DNA of 64,000 bases from Actinomycetota bacterium (lineage in GTDB: Bacteria; Actinomycetota; UBA4738; HRBIN12): the NCBI GenBank assembly GCA_040881665.1, contig JBBECT010000005.1, forward strand, positions 76,138-140,137, written 5' to 3'. This document shows, piece after piece, positions 61,918-64,000 of this stretch. Position 1 is the first letter of the stretch; the number at the start of each line of letters is the position of its first letter. The notes below the pieces were generated by a model. The model was not told the origin of the DNA, searched no databases, and saw only the letters and a list, made by a program, of their open reading frames with translations. A program made the position numbers and the translations under genes.

Positions 61918-62658
61918 TCAGGAGTGCTCGGGGACGTCCGGTGCGCCGGCGGCGAGGGCCTCGGCGACGCTGAGTCCACCCTCGAGCGCGGCACGCCCGA
62001 CGATCGCCCCCTCGACACCGGGAACCTGCGCGACGGCATCGAGATCGTCGCGGGTCGAGATCCCTCCGGCGGCGATCACGGGGCACGTCGTCGCCTGCAC
62101 CACGCGCTGGAGGCCACGCAGGTCTGGTCCTCCCAGCGTCCCCACGCGATCGACGCTTGTGACGACGAAGCGCGCCGCGCCCACTCCCGCCAGGAAGGCC
62201 AACGTCACGTCCAGCGGCAGCTCGCTGTCGGCCGAACGCCCCCGTGGCGTGATCCGTTCGTCGTCCACCTCGACGCCGACGGCGATCCGTTCTCGGTAGG
62301 TGTCCACGACGCGCGCCACGAGGGGCCGGTCCCCGAGCGCGCCGGATCCGAGCACGGCACGCGAGGCGCCCGATCCCAGGAGACGGTCGACGTCGCCTTC
62401 GGTCACGACGCCGCCACTCGCCTGGATCGGAACCTCGAGCTTGGCGATCTCCGCGATGACCCCGATGTTCCGGGCGACGCCCTCGTAGGCGAGATCCATG
62501 TCGACGACATGCAGCCACCGCGCACCCGCTTCGACGAACGAGGCCGCGGCAGCGACGGGATCCCCCCCGTGCTCGAGAACCGTCACGGGGCCGTCGGGTC
62601 CGAACCGCGCGAGACGCCCGCGGGCCACGTCGATCGCGGGGAGCACGTCGAAGGTCAT
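61918..62658 (-). CDS. priA: Phosphoribosyl isomerase A (PriA; bifunctional HisA/TrpF-type (beta/alpha)8 isomerase)
   Basis: About 246 aa from the internal ATG (MTFDVLPAIDVARGRLARF...). HisA/PriA motifs (LHVVDMD, TLGGPDL, VEGAIVGRA). Sits where trpF would be in a canonical trp operon. Confidence 0.8.
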   Translation of the reverse strand: MTFDVLPAIDVARGRLARFGPDGPVTVLEHGGDPVAAAASFVEAGARWLHVVDMDLAYEGVARNIGVIAEIAKLEVPIQASGGVVTEGDVDRLLGSGASRAVLGSGALGDRPLVARVVDTYRERIAVGVEVDDERITPRGRSADSELPLDVTLAFLAGVGAARFVVTSVDRVGTLGGPDLRGLQRVVQATTCPVIAAGGISTRDDLDAVAQVPGVEGAIVGRAALEGGLSVAEALAAGAPDVPEHS

Positions 62659-62719
62659 GCGTTTGAGCCTACCCCGCTGCCGCTCCGTCACGGAGGCACG
62701 GCCGTCCCTCGAGGGATCG

Positions 62720-64000
62720 TCACACGCCGACGGGGTCGCGCTGTTCGACGTGGACCGACTCGGGCCCGAGCAGCCCCCGCAGCTCCGAGAGCAATCCCGC
62801 GTGCGGATCAACGCGGAAGCTGCCGATCTTCAACGGCGTGACCCCCTGTGAGGAGATGAACCGAACCCGGACCGGCGTGCGTCCGGGCGCGTCGTCGAGG
62901 AGATCCTTCACCTTGGAGATCACCGCGTTCGTGCACGCCTGCGCGGGCAGGTCGACCACCAGCTCACCCGCGAGCACCGGGGCCTCGACCCCTTCCAGCT
63001 CGGGCTCGAAGACCTCGACGGCGCGGATCTGCAACTCGCGGCCGCGCAGATCGATCCGACCTTTCACGAGCACGATGCGATCGACGCGGATCAACTCGGG
63101 CACCGCCTCGTAGACGTTCGGGAACGCGATCGCGTCGACGCCACCCGCGAGATCCTCGACCCGGAACTGCGCGTACGGTTCCCCACGCTTCGTGTAGCGG
63201 CGCCGCACGGCTCCGACGATGCCGCCGATCGTGACCATGTCGCCGTCGCCCAGGTTCGACAGCTCGGTGATCTCATGGTTGCACTGCGCCGCGAGCTGAT
63301 CGCGGATCCCCAGCAGTGGGTGATCGGTGACGAACTGACCGAGCATCTCCTTCTCGTGACGCAGCAGCTGCTGCTTCTCGAACTCCTCGCCCTCCAGGAC
63401 CGACTCGTCGATCTCTTGCGCGGCGCCGTCCTCGCCGCCGAACAGGGAGAACTGTCCCGCCGCCTCCGCCTTGCGCTCGGCCGAGATCGGCGCCGAGACC
63501 TTGTCCTGGTTCTCGAGCAATCCACGTCGCGTGTAGCCGAACGAGTCGAACGAACCGGCCTGGATCATGCTCTCGAGCACGCGCTTGGTCAGGACCGAAG
63601 GATCGACCTTGCGGCAGAAATCGGAGAACGACTCGAACGCACCCTTCTCGCGCCGCGCGGCGAGGATCTGCTCGACGACGCCCTGCCCGACGTTGCGCAC
63701 CGCCGACAGCCCGTACCGAACGGCCTCCCGCTCGTCGGGCGCCGGAGCGAAGTCCATCTCCGAGGTGTTGACGTCCGGCGGCAGCACCTCGATCTCCATC
63801 ATCCGGCACGCGTTCAGGTAGAAGGGCTTCTTGTCCTTGTCGTCCTTCACGCTCGTGAGGATCGCCGACATGTACTCCACCGGATAGTGCGCCTTCAGGT
63901 ACGCGGTCTGGTAGGCCACGTACCCGTAGCAGCAGGCATGTGACGCGTTGAACCCGTAGTCGCCGAACGGTTCGATCAGATCCCACAGGGAGGTCAGCAG
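62720..64000 (-). CDS. dnaE: DNA polymerase III alpha subunit (C-terminal part; gene continues beyond the window end)
   Basis: 399-aa ORF ending at 62720 plus continued coding to the edge. DnaE C-terminal OB-fold and tau-binding region motifs (MAYQTAYLKAHYP, LNACRMMEIEVLPPD). Confidence 0.85.
   Translation of the reverse strand: MLTSLWDLIEPFGDYGFNASHACCYGYVAYQTAYLKAHYPVEYMSAILTSVKDDKDKKPFYLNACRMMEIEVLPPDVNTSEMDFAPAPDEREAVRYGLSAVRNVGQGVVEQILAARREKGAFESFSDFCRKVDPSVLTKRVLESMIQAGSFDSFGYTRRGLLENQDKVSAPISAERKAEAAGQFSLFGGEDGAAQEIDESVLEGEEFEKQQLLRHEKEMLGQFVTDHPLLGIRDQLAAQCNHEITELSNLGDGDMVTIGGIVGAVRRRYTKRGEPYAQFRVEDLAGGVDAIAFPNVYEAVPELIRVDRIVLVKGRIDLRGRELQIRAVEVFEPELEGVEAPVLAGELVVDLPAQACTNAVISKVKDLLDDAPGRTPVRVRFISSQGVTPLKIGSFRVDPHAGLLSELRGLLGPESVHVEQRDPVGV

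Noticed and set aside
61010-62518. 502-aa ORF suggesting a long N-terminal extension on TrpC; likewise 42041..43135 (364 aa) and 29887..30462
   Set aside because: The N-terminal portions are Arg-rich junk overlapping the upstream genes. The real proteins start at internal ATGs with SD sequences.

Overview
High-GC (~70%) chromosomal segment that looks actinobacterial: conserved housekeeping synteny (uvrC-rapZ-gap-pgk-tpiA ... secG; coaE-rpsA; polA; trpCBA; dnaE), with about 49 kb of uninterrupted minus-strand coding (1-49.7 kb), then a mixed region. I support about 58 protein genes and 2 tRNA-Leu genes. I found no CRISPR array, transposase or integrase. The annotated genes include five ABC transporter operons (oligopeptide, two polar amino-acid, ABC-2 exporter, FbpABC-type iron) and the nucleotide-excision-repair genes uvrA, uvrB and uvrC. 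The most unusual locus is at the left end (1.0-7.3 kb): one minus-strand unit encodes a Rieske non-heme iron oxygenase, a conserved 4-TM membrane protein, two tandem paralogous GcvT-family (DmdA/LigM-like) aminomethyltransferases, a stand-alone MTHFR C-terminal-domain protein and MetF. This looks like a tetrahydrofolate-dependent methyl-group-removal (demethylation) module of unknown substrate. Its promoter regions carry repeated TGAAC/GTTCA palindromes, and one gene has a tandem anti-SD-like duplication in its leader. Other points of interest: uvrA and uvrB both appear leaderless (TACAAT-N6-GTG), and uvrB carries a PafBC/RecA-NDp-like motif; a GGDEF+HD-GYP sensor; a cupredoxin-domain lipoprotein; an archaeal-type phosphoglycerate mutase in the glycolytic cluster, which lacks whiA/yvcK; priA sitting in the trpF position; a DtxR-family regulator with MntR-like metal ligands next to an Fe(III)-type transporter; and a 450-bp lower-GC convergent intergenic region with a consensus sigma70-like promoter that may encode an sRNA. 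Most long plus-strand ORFs in the six-frame track are antisense shadow ORFs. Coordinates of re-called starts are frame-consistent with the ORF track but could be off by a codon or two. The ORF track marks GTG/TTG starts as M.
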